A stretch of 64,000 bases of DNA from an uncultured Patescibacteria group bacterium. Its GTDB lineage: Bacteria > Patescibacteriota > Microgenomatia > UBA1400 > PJMF01. The notes below the pieces were generated by a model. It had not been told where the DNA came from and did not search any database. It saw nothing but the letters and a program-made list of their open reading frames with translations. The stretch lies in contig CAJQIG010000001.1 in NCBI GenBank assembly GCA_905478415.1, positions 245,892 through 309,891 on the forward strand, in the 5' to 3' direction. Positions 47,643 to 58,025 of this stretch are shown one piece after another. The translations under genes were made by a program, and so were the position numbers. How positions within the stretch are numbered: position 1 is the stretch's first letter; every line of letters begins with the position of its first letter.

Positions 47643-49793
47643 TTAGAGTTTTAGCTCAACCTTTCTAAGTGTCATTGCATTAATAACTACTACCACGCTT
47701 GAGAGACTCATAAGCAACGCTCCCACAGCAGGACTGAGGCGAAACCCAAAAGGAATAAATAGTCCTGCAGCCGCGGGAATAGCAACTAGATTATATCCAA
47801 GAGCCCACCAAAGATTTTGCAACATCTTTGAGTATACTTTTCTTGATAAGAGTATGAGTCTCACAAGGTGTTGTGGATTACTTTGAGTAAGAATAATATC
47901 TCCGGCTTCAACCGCTACATCCGTACCTGCTCCAATAGCAACTCCCACGTCTGCCTGTGTTAAAGCTGGGGCATCATTGACACCATCTCCAGCCATAATG
48001 ACCACATTGCCTTGCTCCTGAAGTTGCTTAATATGCTTATATTTGTCTTCTGGCAGTACTTCTGCAAATACTAGATCTATTTCCAGTTCTTTTGCAACTG
48101 GCTGGGCAGCTGACTTAATATCACCTGTTAACATTGCAACTTTCACTCCAAGTTTATGTAGTTCTTGCACTGCTTGTTTTGATTCTTCTTTGATTTCATC
48201 ACTGAGTGCAATTACTCCCAATATTTCAGAATCACTAGAAATGAAAACAGGAGTTTTACCTTTACTCGCCAATTGATCTAGAGCTTCTTGAGATGTTTTA
48301 GTCCAAACTTTTCTTTCTTCCATTAATCGCTGGTTTCCTAAAAAGTATTCTTTCTTTTCAAAATATCCTTGCATACCTCTGCCTGCTAGATTTTTAACCT
48401 TAGTTGCTTCACTGAAAGTAATCTTTTTCTCTTGTAAGTAATCAAGAATAGACAAACCAATGACATGAGAAGAGTGTGATTCTATAGCTCCAGCAACTTT
48501 GAGTAGTTGGTCTTCTTCTCCAGAAATCACTACCACGTCAGTTACGCCGAACTCTCCTTTTGTCAACGTTCCCGTTTTATCAAAAACTACGTAATCAGTG
48601 CTTTTTACAATCTCAATTTTTCCCATATCTTTAATAAATACTCCATTTTTGACAGCTAGCCTGGTTGCAATAGTTGAAACAGTCGGTATAGCCAAACCCA
48701 AAGCATGAGGACAAGCAATCACTAATACGGTAATTGCTAGTGTTGCAGAAAAAACTAAGGGTTGTCCAATTACTACTGACCAAATAAATAACGATGAAAA
48801 CGATACAGCTATAGCAAAAAATGTAAGCCATTTCGAGGCCTTATCAGCTAATTTTTGAGCAGAAGGTTTTGTCTGCTTAGCTTGAGAAATAAGGCTTTGA
48901 ATTTGACCGATGGTAGATGAATCTCCAACACGTAATAATTTAATTTCAACAGAACCATCAATACTAATTGCCCCAGCTACAACTTCTGAGCCCACATCTT
49001 TCTTAACTGGCTTTGACTCTCCTGTAATATGTGATTCATTAAAACTTCCACTACCTTTAATAATTTCTCCATCAGCTGGAGCTTTTTCCCCTGGTTTAAC
49101 AATAACAATGTCGCCTTCTTTCAGTCTTGAAATCTCAACCTCTGTTACACCTGACTCCGTTTTAAGATGTGCTTCCTTTGGAAGTAATTTTGCTACTTCT
49201 TGCAGTGCATCTCCAGCTGCTGTAGATGATTTTGCTTCTAAAAAATGTCCAAAAAGCAGCACCCAAATAAGAGTAGCTATTTCTAAATAAAATTCAACTT
49301 GAAGAGCCGGTATAAAGGTGGATAGTGCTGAAAATATGTATCCAGAACCAACTCCAAGCGAAACCAGCGTCATCATGCCATATTGTCTTGCCATAATTTC
49401 ATGGCGTGCATGGTCAAAAAAAACCAAGCCAAAATAAAAGATTATAGAAGCAATGCCAAACTCAAGTAATGACCTCAAAGCAAAGTCTGGGACACCTAAA
49501 AATTTTACAGCTGGCTCAGAAAAGATAGCTAGAGGAACCAGGAGAACGGTAACAATATAAAATCTTCTTAAAAATTCATGAGCTGCTTCTGGAGTTGCCA
49601 TCATGCTAGCGTGATCATGTTTGTCATGTCCACCACCCATCTCACTTTTTTTAACTAATTCCATACCACACTTGGAACATTCCCCAGGATGGTCCTGGTG
49701 TATTTCTGGGTGCATGGGACAGGTATAATAATCAGCTTGGTGGTTATGTGCTACATGTTGCATATTTTTCTTACTGTGATGTGAGTGTTTCAT
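47643..49793 (-). CDS. copB: Copper P1B-3 ATPase
   Basis: His-rich N-terminus, YTCPMHP, CPH, DKTGT, YN, MSLSS. Confidence 0.9.
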   Translation of the reverse strand: MKHSHHSKKNMQHVAHNHQADYYTCPMHPEIHQDHPGECSKCGMELVKKSEMGGGHDKHDHASMMATPEAAHEFLRRFYIVTVLLVPLAIFSEPAVKFLGVPDFALRSLLEFGIASIIFYFGLVFFDHARHEIMARQYGMMTLVSLGVGSGYIFSALSTFIPALQVEFYLEIATLIWVLLFGHFLEAKSSTAAGDALQEVAKLLPKEAHLKTESGVTEVEISRLKEGDIVIVKPGEKAPADGEIIKGSGSFNESHITGESKPVKKDVGSEVVAGAISIDGSVEIKLLRVGDSSTIGQIQSLISQAKQTKPSAQKLADKASKWLTFFAIAVSFSSLFIWSVVIGQPLVFSATLAITVLVIACPHALGLAIPTVSTIATRLAVKNGVFIKDMGKIEIVKSTDYVVFDKTGTLTKGEFGVTDVVVISGEEDQLLKVAGAIESHSSHVIGLSILDYLQEKKITFSEATKVKNLAGRGMQGYFEKKEYFLGNQRLMEERKVWTKTSQEALDQLASKGKTPVFISSDSEILGVIALSDEIKEESKQAVQELHKLGVKVAMLTGDIKSAAQPVAKELEIDLVFAEVLPEDKYKHIKQLQEQGNVVIMAGDGVNDAPALTQADVGVAIGAGTDVAVEAGDIILTQSNPQHLVRLILLSRKVYSKMLQNLWWALGYNLVAIPAAAGLFIPFGFRLSPAVGALLMSLSSVVVVINAMTLRKVELKL

Positions 49794-49841
49794 ACCTTCA
49801 TTATGACGATACTACTGATTGCTGTCATCACCAATGTTTTG

Positions 49842-50423
49842 TTATTTATTGCTTGCTTTTTTTATAAAAAAATATATTCCTGATAATAAAAATGAAATAA
49901 ATGCAAACCAGGTTAATCCTGATTGAATTCCAAACAAATTACCACCCCAACCCATCATTGACATGTCCCTTGGGTAAAAATTATTTGATTCATTATCTCT
50001 GAGTCCCATCATGGAGCCCCCCGTCATCATTCCTTGTGAATAACTGGTTCCACAACCCAAGTACCTACTTCCCATACGTATATGTACTTGTCTTAATGAT
50101 TCTGACCCTTCGCCACCCATCATTCGATCCATAACTTCATGAGCCTCTCCAGGGTGCTGTTGTTCCATCACCGCATCTCCAAGTTGCTCTAGGTCATCTT
50201 CACTTATTTCGTCACAACTTACCTCTTGAATAGTAGTACTACCTTGCTTCTCGAGTATTGCTTGTAAGACAGTTTCAATGGACTCTCCATGTTGAGTTGT
50301 TTCTGTATCACTGCTTTCAACTTCATTTAAACCCATCATTCCCCCTTGAGCTTGAGCTATTTTAGTATGAAAAAACAACAGATTCAAAAAAAGAAAAAAA
50401 ACTACAAATAGAAAACGTTTCAT
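49842..50423 (-). CDS. Exported Met/His-rich membrane-anchored protein
   Basis: Signal peptide, HEVMDRMMGGEG, GMM repeats, C-terminal TM. Confidence 0.7.
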   Translation of the reverse strand: MKRFLFVVFFLFLNLLFFHTKIAQAQGGMMGLNEVESSDTETTQHGESIETVLQAILEKQGSTTIQEVSCDEISEDDLEQLGDAVMEQQHPGEAHEVMDRMMGGEGSESLRQVHIRMGSRYLGCGTSYSQGMMTGGSMMGLRDNESNNFYPRDMSMMGWGGNLFGIQSGLTWFAFISFLLSGIYFFIKKASNK

Positions 50424-50436
50424 ATCAACCCTCCTG

Positions 50437-50835
50437 TTACTTTGTAGCAGTATTCAAGGCACTTATCAGTTTACTCTCCACATCTTCAGCAATCACAGCA
50501 ACATCCGGATTACTTGATAATGTCAGAGCAACAGAAGGCTTCATTACACTTATAAAAACACGAGTATCTTCTTCATAGACAATTACATTACAAGGAAGAA
50601 GAAGCCCTATCTCTCTTTCAGCTTGCAATGCCTTATATGCATTTGGTGGGTTACATGCACCAAGTATCATGTATTTTGAATAATGAGTATTTAATTTTCT
50701 TTTAAGTGTTTCTTGAACATCAATCTGAGTCAAAATCCCAAAACCTTCTCTATTCAAAGAATCAATTATATCTAACACAGCATCTGAGAACTTTCCTTCA
50801 TACTGTTTTGTGACTGCATATTTTACTGTATTCAT
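50437..50835 (-). CDS. DUF302 protein (copy 2)
   Basis: ILGACNP, LLPCNV. Confidence 0.85.
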   Translation of the reverse strand: MNTVKYAVTKQYEGKFSDAVLDIIDSLNREGFGILTQIDVQETLKRKLNTHYSKYMILGACNPPNAYKALQAEREIGLLLPCNVIVYEEDTRVFISVMKPSVALTLSSNPDVAVIAEDVESKLISALNTATK

Positions 50836-50838
50836 ACG

Positions 50839-51042
50839 TTACCCTCCAATATATTTCTCTGGATCATCTCTAAAATGAGTTTTGCAGTGATCAGAACAAA
50901 AAAAATATGTCGTATCTTTGTATTGCAGACTATATCTGGATTTTTGAGATACATCCATCCCACATACTAAGTCAATGTCACCAACACTGGGCTCAATATG
51001 CATTCCCAGTTTAGACAATTCTTTATCAGTTACTGTTACCAT
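50839..51042 (-). CDS. YHS domain protein
   Basis: DLVCGM...YFFCSDHCKTHF; likely start 51042. Confidence 0.85.
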   Translation of the reverse strand: MVTVTDKELSKLGMHIEPSVGDIDLVCGMDVSQKSRYSLQYKDTTYFFCSDHCKTHFRDDPEKYIGG

Positions 51043-51126
51043 AAGAACTTCCTTAAAATACTTTTTATTGACTTGCTTCTTACATACTAACAAAGAGCAG
51101 ATGAAGCGAAGATGAAATCTTGCTCT

Positions 51127-51759
51127 TTATCTTGCGATCTGTTCTGGTGAATTATTTTTATTTGTATTAATGTACTTCTGAATCAAAACCTCATCCACAC
51201 TTTCCAACTCCATCATTTTTCCCCATGAAGCAACTACTACATTTGAATCATTTTTTGACCGAGGGGACACTATGACACTTTGTGGATTGTCTTTACCAAT
51301 ATTCCTCAACTTTTCTATTGATTCATCATCAATATTTTTGTATGAAATCCAAATTCCTCCATGTTCTAAACCATGCACAGCTGCTTTATCTTCAATTTCT
51401 TCTTTATATACCCCCCAGTTTTCTGCCAAAGATAGGTGATCGCCTGAAGTTGGAGGATTTGTTTGGTACTCTACAACTGCTTGAGAGGAAATATGCTCTC
51501 TTCCTTCAATCTCAAACTCAGTCACCTTGCCATCCAACGAAACTTCTTTAACCTCTTCTTCAAACTCAATCTGTTTTGGTGTCTTTTTTGTAATCTGTTT
51601 GTAACTAACAACTACTACTAGTAAAACTAGTAGTGTAAGAAAGGTCTTTTTCGTCTTTTGAAATACAGCCGTGCTCTTTTTTTGATTTCTCTTTAATTCC
51701 TTGATTTTTCTTCTTCGCTCATGTTTAGGCAACTGATTCCATTCTTCTGGATATTGCAT
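51127..51759 (-). CDS. DUF3105 protein
   Basis: NPPTSGDH, VHGLEHGGIWISY. Confidence 0.85.
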   Translation of the reverse strand: MQYPEEWNQLPKHERRRKIKELKRNQKKSTAVFQKTKKTFLTLLVLLVVVVSYKQITKKTPKQIEFEEEVKEVSLDGKVTEFEIEGREHISSQAVVEYQTNPPTSGDHLSLAENWGVYKEEIEDKAAVHGLEHGGIWISYKNIDDESIEKLRNIGKDNPQSVIVSPRSKNDSNVVVASWGKMMELESVDEVLIQKYINTNKNNSPEQIAR

Positions 51760-51782
51760 AACTGTCCCCTCATTACATTATT

Positions 51783-52532
51783 TTATACTGCCAACGTATT
51801 CAAATTAAAAAACTGAAGTAATTTTATAGAAACTAACTCAACTCTTCCGAGTATTAGTAGTACCCCCATCAAAAGTATCACTAAAGCAGCGAGTATATTT
51901 AGATATTTCCCCACTTTTTTTGTTACTGAAAGTTTCGTAGCTATTTGTTCAAAGAATAGTGCCACTACTAGAAATGGCAGACCTAAACCAACTCCATATG
52001 CTAGTAAAAGACTAACCCCCTTGAATAAACTTTCAGCCTGAGCTGACCAAAAAAGAATGACTGCTAACACAGGCCCTATACATGGTGTCCATGCAAAACC
52101 AAAAGTTAAGCCTACTAGAAACGAGTTCAGTTTTCGAAATCGAGTAGGTGAGAGGGGTAACGAAATTTTTCTTTCACGATATAGAAAAGTTGGTTTAAGT
52201 ACTTTTAACATAAATAAACCCATGAGAATAAACAGAGCCCCACCAGCTTTCTGAATAAATGGTTTATAGACACCCAACATTCTTCCCAAGGTATTGGTTG
52301 TAGCTCCCAATAAGACAAAAACAAATATAAAACCAAGAGTAAAGATAAGTCCATTTAAGAAGATATCTCGTTTGTAGATTACTTTACCCAGGTCGTTCTC
52401 TGTTCTAGAAACGGTGAGCCCTGAAAGGTAGGCAATATATGTTGGAACTAGTGGGAGCAAACAAGAGGCGAAAAAAGTTATAATCCCACCTATAAAAGCA
52501 ATTAAGAGGTTTACTTGTGATCCATCAAACAT
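51783..52532 (-). CDS. ccdA: CcdA/DsbD-type transmembrane electron carrier
   Basis: SCLLPLVP, WTPCIGPVL. Confidence 0.88.
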   Translation of the reverse strand: MFDGSQVNLLIAFIGGIITFFASCLLPLVPTYIAYLSGLTVSRTENDLGKVIYKRDIFLNGLIFTLGFIFVFVLLGATTNTLGRMLGVYKPFIQKAGGALFILMGLFMLKVLKPTFLYRERKISLPLSPTRFRKLNSFLVGLTFGFAWTPCIGPVLAVILFWSAQAESLFKGVSLLLAYGVGLGLPFLVVALFFEQIATKLSVTKKVGKYLNILAALVILLMGVLLILGRVELVSIKLLQFFNLNTLAV

Positions 52533-52562
52533 ATACTTTTTTTCTAATCAAACTTATAAAAA

Positions 52563-52592
52563 AGCAGGCAATCTTATAATTGATTGCCTGCT
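52563..52592 (-). terminator. Intrinsic terminator after dsbA
   Basis: AGCAGGCAATC-N8-GATTGCCTGCT with an A-run on the left (U-tract on the minus strand). Confidence 0.7.
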
Positions 52593-52600
52593 CACACCTC

Positions 52601-53389
52601 TTATAAATATTTTTCGATCGCTTGCTTCACCTGTTCATAAGGTAAGGCTCCTGGAATTAGCTCTTGAACTCCATCATCTGTGACGATAAATGTCCCCGGA
52701 GTTCCTGTGACTCCTGCTGCGCTGCCAGTTGTAAACTGATCTTGGACTCTTTGTGCCATTTCATCACTATCTAAACAGTTCTGAACTGCGGCTTGATCTG
52801 CACCAGCTTCAGCTCCCAGTGCTGCTAAGTCTGATAATGGAAATCCTGTTCCATTTGAACTTGTCCTTTCAAAGTAAAGATCTCCGAACTTCCAAAAGGC
52901 ATCATTACCGGCCAAACTTCCAACACACTCAGCTGCCTCAGCTGCCTTTTGGGCGTTAGCATGAAAATTCAACGGATAATGCCTATAAACCCATGCTATC
53001 TCATCTCCATATTCCTCCAGGATTTGTTGCATTGTTGGGTGAAAACGCTGACAAAATGGACACTCAAAATCTGAGTACTCTACAAGAGTAATCTTTGGAT
53101 TCTTTGCCCCTCTTTTATACTCATTAGCCTCAACAGGTGGTAAATCCCCCAGTTGAGCATCTGTTGGCCCAGAAGGGGCATTAGGCACAGTTGGAGGTTG
53201 TGCAACACCCACTGGACCAGTATTACTGGCACCCTTATTTGACCCATTGGCTAACATTTGATTTTCGGTCCACAATGAACCAATAAAAAAACCACCAATA
53301 GAAAATAAACCAATAATAATGAATAAAACAAAATTACTGTTTATAAAACCCAAAAATGATTGTAAAGAATACGACTGCGATCCTTGCAT
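52601..53389 (-). CDS. DsbA family oxidoreductase
   Basis: EYSDFECPFC, YRHYPL, GVTGTP; likely start MQGSQ at 53389. Confidence 0.9.
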   Translation of the reverse strand: MQGSQSYSLQSFLGFINSNFVLFIIIGLFSIGGFFIGSLWTENQMLANGSNKGASNTGPVGVAQPPTVPNAPSGPTDAQLGDLPPVEANEYKRGAKNPKITLVEYSDFECPFCQRFHPTMQQILEEYGDEIAWVYRHYPLNFHANAQKAAEAAECVGSLAGNDAFWKFGDLYFERTSSNGTGFPLSDLAALGAEAGADQAAVQNCLDSDEMAQRVQDQFTTGSAAGVTGTPGTFIVTDDGVQELIPGALPYEQVKQAIEKYL

Positions 53390-53416
53390 ATGTAACTTCC
53401 TATACTGAATATAACT

Positions 53417-53444
53417 AATACCTCCTACAACTGTAGGAGGTATT
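53417..53444. promoter_or_regulatory. CopY/BlaI box
   Basis: Perfect 13-2-13 palindrome AATACCTCCTACA-AC-TGTAGGAGGTATT containing TACAnnTGTA. Confidence 0.85.
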
Positions 53445-53467
53445 GACAATAATGTCAATTGCAATTG

Positions 53468-54436
53468 TTATTCTCGAGGAGAAAAAAGTATGGCAGGAGA
53501 AAAATTAATCTTATCTGATTCATAATGGCTCACACAGTCATTTGTCTGACATTCCCTACTATCACTACAAACTAAGTCGCGAAGATCTGCATTTATTCTT
53601 GAAGGATTAAAAACAAACAATAGAAACATACTAGTAACCGTCACTACACTTACTGTCATTTTCTTCAAATCAATTTTATTTGAGTCAATGCTCCCAGAAA
53701 CTAAGTATTCTATCCTTTGAGTAATTGGTGGTGTAGCAAACTGAAGAGCAACCCCATCTTCAAACGTAAGGCTTAATGCTAAAGATGAGCATAGATGGCT
53801 CTTAGTTCTTTGAGTTTCTATTACAAAAGCATCAGCGGCCAACTCAAATTCCAGTATTAGTTTTTGAACTAATACTTCTATTACTGGAACAAAAAAAAGG
53901 AGTGAACTAATTAACTTTGAGAATAACAATAACCACATGTGGAAATGTCTAACATGATAGGACTCATGGAGTACAACCGCCTCAAGTTGCTTAAAAGAAA
54001 ATGTATCTATCATACGGTTAGATACAATAATTTTTGGCTTAAAAAAACCAATGGTATATGCTGTTGAATCAACTGAATCAATAATTGAAAAAGAAATATA
54101 CTCCAAATCATGCTTTCTAATAATTGAGTTTAATTTTTGAGAAATTGATTTTGATTTCAAGTGAGATCCAAGCTTTCTGTAAGAGAACAGAAAGACTACT
54201 AAACGCCTCAGCATTAAAAGTAAACCCAAAATACCAGTTGCTAAAACAAGCAATGATAAAAGAGTGTAAAAATTAAAATGAACATGTTCCTGAAGATCAC
54301 TCAAAACATTAGTACACACTGTGATTAGAGAGTTCGCTATAAATTGGATGTTAATTTCTAATAAAGTAAATCCTAAAACAAGTATGCTCGCTGATATAAA
54401 AAATATGCTCAGTGGGGTTACTACTCTAAAATTCAT
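53468..54436 (-). CDS. M56 family (BlaR-like) membrane metallopeptidase
   Basis: AYTIGFFKPKI, HESYH, ELAADA; downstream of a BlaI-type repressor. Confidence 0.88.
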   Translation of the reverse strand: MNFRVVTPLSIFFISASILVLGFTLLEINIQFIANSLITVCTNVLSDLQEHVHFNFYTLLSLLVLATGILGLLLMLRRLVVFLFSYRKLGSHLKSKSISQKLNSIIRKHDLEYISFSIIDSVDSTAYTIGFFKPKIIVSNRMIDTFSFKQLEAVVLHESYHVRHFHMWLLLFSKLISSLLFFVPVIEVLVQKLILEFELAADAFVIETQRTKSHLCSSLALSLTFEDGVALQFATPPITQRIEYLVSGSIDSNKIDLKKMTVSVVTVTSMFLLFVFNPSRINADLRDLVCSDSRECQTNDCVSHYESDKINFSPAILFSPRE

Positions 54437-54801
54437 TTTTTTTGAAGTGTGTCTATCATCTTTTTTCTCGTTTCTTCAGATAATTCATCGATACCATTAA
54501 CAAATGCTAGTAAAGCCTCATCTCCAAACTGACGGACAAAATTGTCCATGCTCTGACTCACAATTTTTTGAATAACATTCTTTTTCTTATCTTTTGATGT
54601 ATACACATGTGTTTTACCTTCTAACATTCTTTCAAGCACTCCTTTATCAACAAGTCTAGTCATTACTGTTTGAACGGTATTATAGGCAATTCGTTTATTT
54701 TTACTTAAATCTTGAAAAATATCTCTAGCTGTTGAACTTTTTTTCTTCCATATAGAGTTCATTATTTCCTGTTCAAGGGGTCCAAAAGAAACTTTTTTCA
54801 T
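54433..54801 (-). CDS. BlaI/MecI/CopY family repressor
   Basis: LEQEIMNSIW, AYNTVQTVMTRLVDKG. Confidence 0.9.
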   Translation of the reverse strand: MKKVSFGPLEQEIMNSIWKKKSSTARDIFQDLSKNKRIAYNTVQTVMTRLVDKGVLERMLEGKTHVYTSKDKKKNVIQKIVSQSMDNFVRQFGDEALLAFVNGIDELSEETRKKMIDTLQKK

Positions 54802-54802
54802 A

Positions 54803-54816
54803 CCTACGAGTGTAGG
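54803..54816. promoter_or_regulatory. CopY/BlaI operator overlapping a -10 element (leaderless start)
   Basis: CCTAC-GAGT-GTAGG; the minus strand reads TACACT a few nt before the ATG, with TTGTTT upstream. Confidence 0.7.
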
Positions 54817-54847
54817 ACATCAAACTTAAAAAAACAAGCATAGTATC

Positions 54848-55756
54848 TTAGTGATTTTCACAACAACTCTTAGAATTCGATGTGTTTTCTTTATCAGTAC
54901 TTTCACTTTTAACTTGTTTATATATATAAACAACAAATAGTAGTACAAATACAACAAATAACACATTAACAAATGGAACCTGAGCAGTTACATTTGTAAC
55001 ATTCATGGCAACTTGGTTAATTGATTTTGTAATTGATTCATCTCCTGAAGACATAGAGACCTTACCCGTAAGTGTAATTACTATCATTAGAATACCTGAT
55101 AAAAAAAACACAACTGATCCAGCCAAAGTAGAGACAGTAACGTTTCTTTGTTTGTCTAAAAATGTAAATTGGGCTAAAGATTTTCTAAATACTGGATTAC
55201 TCAAGATATTTCTTTTATTTATGAATAAAGATGCTAAATAGAGAGGAAATACCATTCCGAGCACATAACTAAAGCCTATTAATAATGAGAATAGTATTGA
55301 AGGACTAAACGAGCTGAGGGTAATTACCCCAATTAAGACTGGGGCACAACAAGATGATGTAACCCCAGAAACAACTCCTAACATAAAGGTAGATGCTATA
55401 TCTGAGCCATTTTTTCCACCGCTATTCTTTTTAGAGTTTCCAATTTTCAAATTAATCATTGAAAATTTAAAACCAATGAGGGTTAAAAATGAAGCAATAA
55501 TCATAATAAAACCACCAATGAGGTATGTTTTATCATGAAAGTCCATGAAGAACTCAGTTAAAATCTTTGCACCTAACACAATTGGCATCATCACCACAAA
55601 AATACCTAGAGAATAAATAAAAGTCATAAACAAGACTTTTTCTTTCTCTTTGAAAATATTTCCTATATATGCAGGAAATAGATAAGAAATACAACATGGA
55701 GCAAATAATGCCACCATACCTGCAACAAAGGCAGCTATTAAAGATATTTGAATCAT
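54848..55756 (-). CDS. CcdA/DsbD-like membrane protein
   Basis: FAPCCISYL, SSCCAPVL, C-terminal SCCENH. Confidence 0.8.
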   Translation of the reverse strand: MIQISLIAAFVAGMVALFAPCCISYLFPAYIGNIFKEKEKVLFMTFIYSLGIFVVMMPIVLGAKILTEFFMDFHDKTYLIGGFIMIIASFLTLIGFKFSMINLKIGNSKKNSGGKNGSDIASTFMLGVVSGVTSSCCAPVLIGVITLSSFSPSILFSLLIGFSYVLGMVFPLYLASLFINKRNILSNPVFRKSLAQFTFLDKQRNVTVSTLAGSVVFFLSGILMIVITLTGKVSMSSGDESITKSINQVAMNVTNVTAQVPFVNVLFVVFVLLFVVYIYKQVKSESTDKENTSNSKSCCENH

Positions 55757-55808
55757 GTAAGCAAGTTTACATGAATGAAGATGAACAGAAGATGAAAATT
55801 GTTATCTA

Positions 55809-56069
55809 TTACTTTTGAGTAATCATAGTATAAACAGTAGCAAAAGAATAAACTAAAAGAAAGCTTATCACTCCTGCTTCAATCATTCCACTCACTAATC
55901 CAATTACTGTTAAGTTAAAAAACATGTGCCATTTTGACATCTGTTCCGCAGCAGAAACATAGAGCCCCATATTGGCTAATAACCAAATAACCAGCATTAA
56001 CAGTGCTGACCAAACTGCAGCTGCTAAAGCAATTGAGCTGGTGTTAAGTTTGTTTTTTTTGTTCATCAT
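55809..56069 (-). CDS. Small 2-TM membrane protein
   Basis: Hydrophobic, MSKWHMFF. Confidence 0.65.
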   Translation of the reverse strand: MMNKKNKLNTSSIALAAAVWSALLMLVIWLLANMGLYVSAAEQMSKWHMFFNLTVIGLVSGMIEAGVISFLLVYSFATVYTMITQK

Positions 56070-56089
56070 ACATATATCCTTTTATTAAC

Positions 56090-56551
56090 TTATAGTTTCC
56101 AATTAAAAGAACCTGATTGATTATCAATTCCTTCTATCTCAATAGTAACTGAAGTTACAGTATCTTTCAATTCTGCAAAGACAACCTGACCTGATAAGTG
56201 ATGGCCACCAGCTTCACCTGTCCATTCTTTGACTAAGTACTCATCTCGATTTTGATCATACATTTTAATAATCTTTGTATAATCGTAATCTAGTTCAACC
56301 GAGTGTGTATTCAATTCTAAGTTAAATAGGACCTCTTTATTCGTCTCTAGCTGCACTGGAGTTAACTCTAATGTAACTGCTCCCATTTCCTTTAATTGGG
56401 ATTGTAAACCGGAGTTCTCAGCAACCTTACTGACTACTTCTTGCTCCTTAGCTTTACCCAATACTTTCTTTTCTGTCTTTCCTCCAAATGATTGTATTAC
56501 TATAAAACTTAAAACTAATACCGAAAAAATAAACACTAACTTTCTTTTCAT
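56090..56551 (-). CDS. Exported His-motif protein
   Basis: TM, LNTHSVELD, GGHHLSG. Confidence 0.7.
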   Translation of the reverse strand: MKRKLVFIFSVLVLSFIVIQSFGGKTEKKVLGKAKEQEVVSKVAENSGLQSQLKEMGAVTLELTPVQLETNKEVLFNLELNTHSVELDYDYTKIIKMYDQNRDEYLVKEWTGEAGGHHLSGQVVFAELKDTVTSVTIEIEGIDNQSGSFNWKL

Positions 56552-57075
56552 ACGACCTTTCTCACATGTACTTTAAAATACTTTTTTATATCTCTTATTT
56601 TTGGTTTTTCAAAAATAAACCATAACATCATAAACATGCCAATAAAATTAGCAATAACTCCTAAGATAAGTAACTCTTCTTGATACTCTGTTAGAAATAC
56701 TGCAGCAGCAGAAAGCCCAAGTATAGGTAAAACATCAACAACATGATGTGCGCAGCAAGCAACCATGGCCATTCCAGATACTGCAGTACCAGTCCCAACT
56801 GCTAAGTTAGCATCACTTTTATCTCTCAAACTAAAAAAAACACCATTTTTCATCAGCCAATACAAACCCATTTGTATGGAAAAACCTAATAGCAACAGAC
56901 CCATCCATGGCTGAGAAAGCACAAACTGTTGAAATGGATGAGATACGTCTTTAGTAACTAGAAACAATAATAGATAATAGAAACTACTCAGTGAAACAAG
57001 GCCAATAAAGAATCCTTTAAAAAAAATAGTTATATTTTTGTCTCTAAGTAAACTTTTTTTAAACATAGAACCCAT
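56548..57075 (-). CDS. Membrane protein with MVACCAHH motif
   Basis: About 4 TM with an intramembrane CCxHH. Confidence 0.7.
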   Translation of the reverse strand: MGSMFKKSLLRDKNITIFFKGFFIGLVSLSSFYYLLLFLVTKDVSHPFQQFVLSQPWMGLLLLGFSIQMGLYWLMKNGVFFSLRDKSDANLAVGTGTAVSGMAMVACCAHHVVDVLPILGLSAAAVFLTEYQEELLILGVIANFIGMFMMLWFIFEKPKIRDIKKYFKVHVRKVV

Positions 57076-57243
57076 TTAACAACAGCCCTTGGGAGCTTGT
57101 TCGCTCTTCTTTGCTTTCTCATTTTCTGCTTTACCAATTTTCCAAAACAATCTTTTAATAAAATTCTTTGGTTGAGTACTCTCATTTTCTTCACTGGTAG
57201 TTTCTAAAACGTTCATCTTTGGCTTACCACAACAATCACTCAT
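57076..57243 (-). CDS. 55-aa peptide with CC motifs at both ends
   Basis: Manual translation MSDCCGKPK...APKGCC*; AGGAGG RBS; fills the operon gap exactly. Confidence 0.75.
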   Translation of the reverse strand: MSDCCGKPKMNVLETTSEENESTQPKNFIKRLFWKIGKAENEKAKKSEQAPKGCC

Positions 57244-57252
57244 AAAGCCTCC

Positions 57253-58023
57253 TTACTCTTTTATTACATTTGCAGTAATGACTGCTTCTAATTCTTTATA
57301 GTCATCTCTATCTGTTTCAATATAAATGGTTCTAGAGAGCTCACCTAAGTCAGTATCGTCTTTATGTACCGCCGGATCAAAACTCACGCTTACTGTAGTA
57401 CTTTCATAAGGGCCAAGCTCTTCATTTTCAACAGTTGCCTTAGTACAGCCACATGAAGTTGATACTCTGGTTATTTTTATAGGTAATGGCATATAATTAG
57501 TAAACGTAAACTCTGTAGTTGCTACATCACCATAAACAACTGTCCCCAATGCTCTTTTTTCAGGTAATAGACTCACTGAAACTTGTTGTTCTTTATATGC
57601 ATTCGTTCCACCATCCAAATCGTAAACGCTTTCATATCCTAGTTCGCTCAACTCTTTTGAAGCTCTTGCACTCATACTGCCAGACCTACAATAGACTGCA
57701 ATAGGTGTAGACTTATCCTCAGGCAATTGCTCTAAATACTGAGGAATTTGATCAAACGGAATCAAAGCATCTGTTCCAGGAATATGAGTCTGCTCGGGTG
57801 TGTGAACGTCTACAACAAAGACAGTATCATCTGCAATTAGTTGATTAAATTCTTCTGAGTTAACCAATATAACACCACTTTCATTTTCTACTATCTCTTG
57901 TGAAGAAATAAACGATGTTACATATGACTGCAATTGATTTCTAAATGTAAACCAAACGGTCACAATCAATAATAAAAAAAGACCAATTAACAAACTTTTA
58001 ACATTAATAGTATTATTTTTCAT
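57253..58023 (-). CDS. Rhodanese + DUF1573 fusion
   Basis: VYCRSGSMS, LDGG; TSCGCT, FDPAVH. Confidence 0.8.
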   Translation of the reverse strand: MKNNTINVKSLLIGLFLLLIVTVWFTFRNQLQSYVTSFISSQEIVENESGVILVNSEEFNQLIADDTVFVVDVHTPEQTHIPGTDALIPFDQIPQYLEQLPEDKSTPIAVYCRSGSMSARASKELSELGYESVYDLDGGTNAYKEQQVSVSLLPEKRALGTVVYGDVATTEFTFTNYMPLPIKITRVSTSCGCTKATVENEELGPYESTTVSVSFDPAVHKDDTDLGELSRTIYIETDRDDYKELEAVITANVIKE

Positions 58024-58025
58024 AG

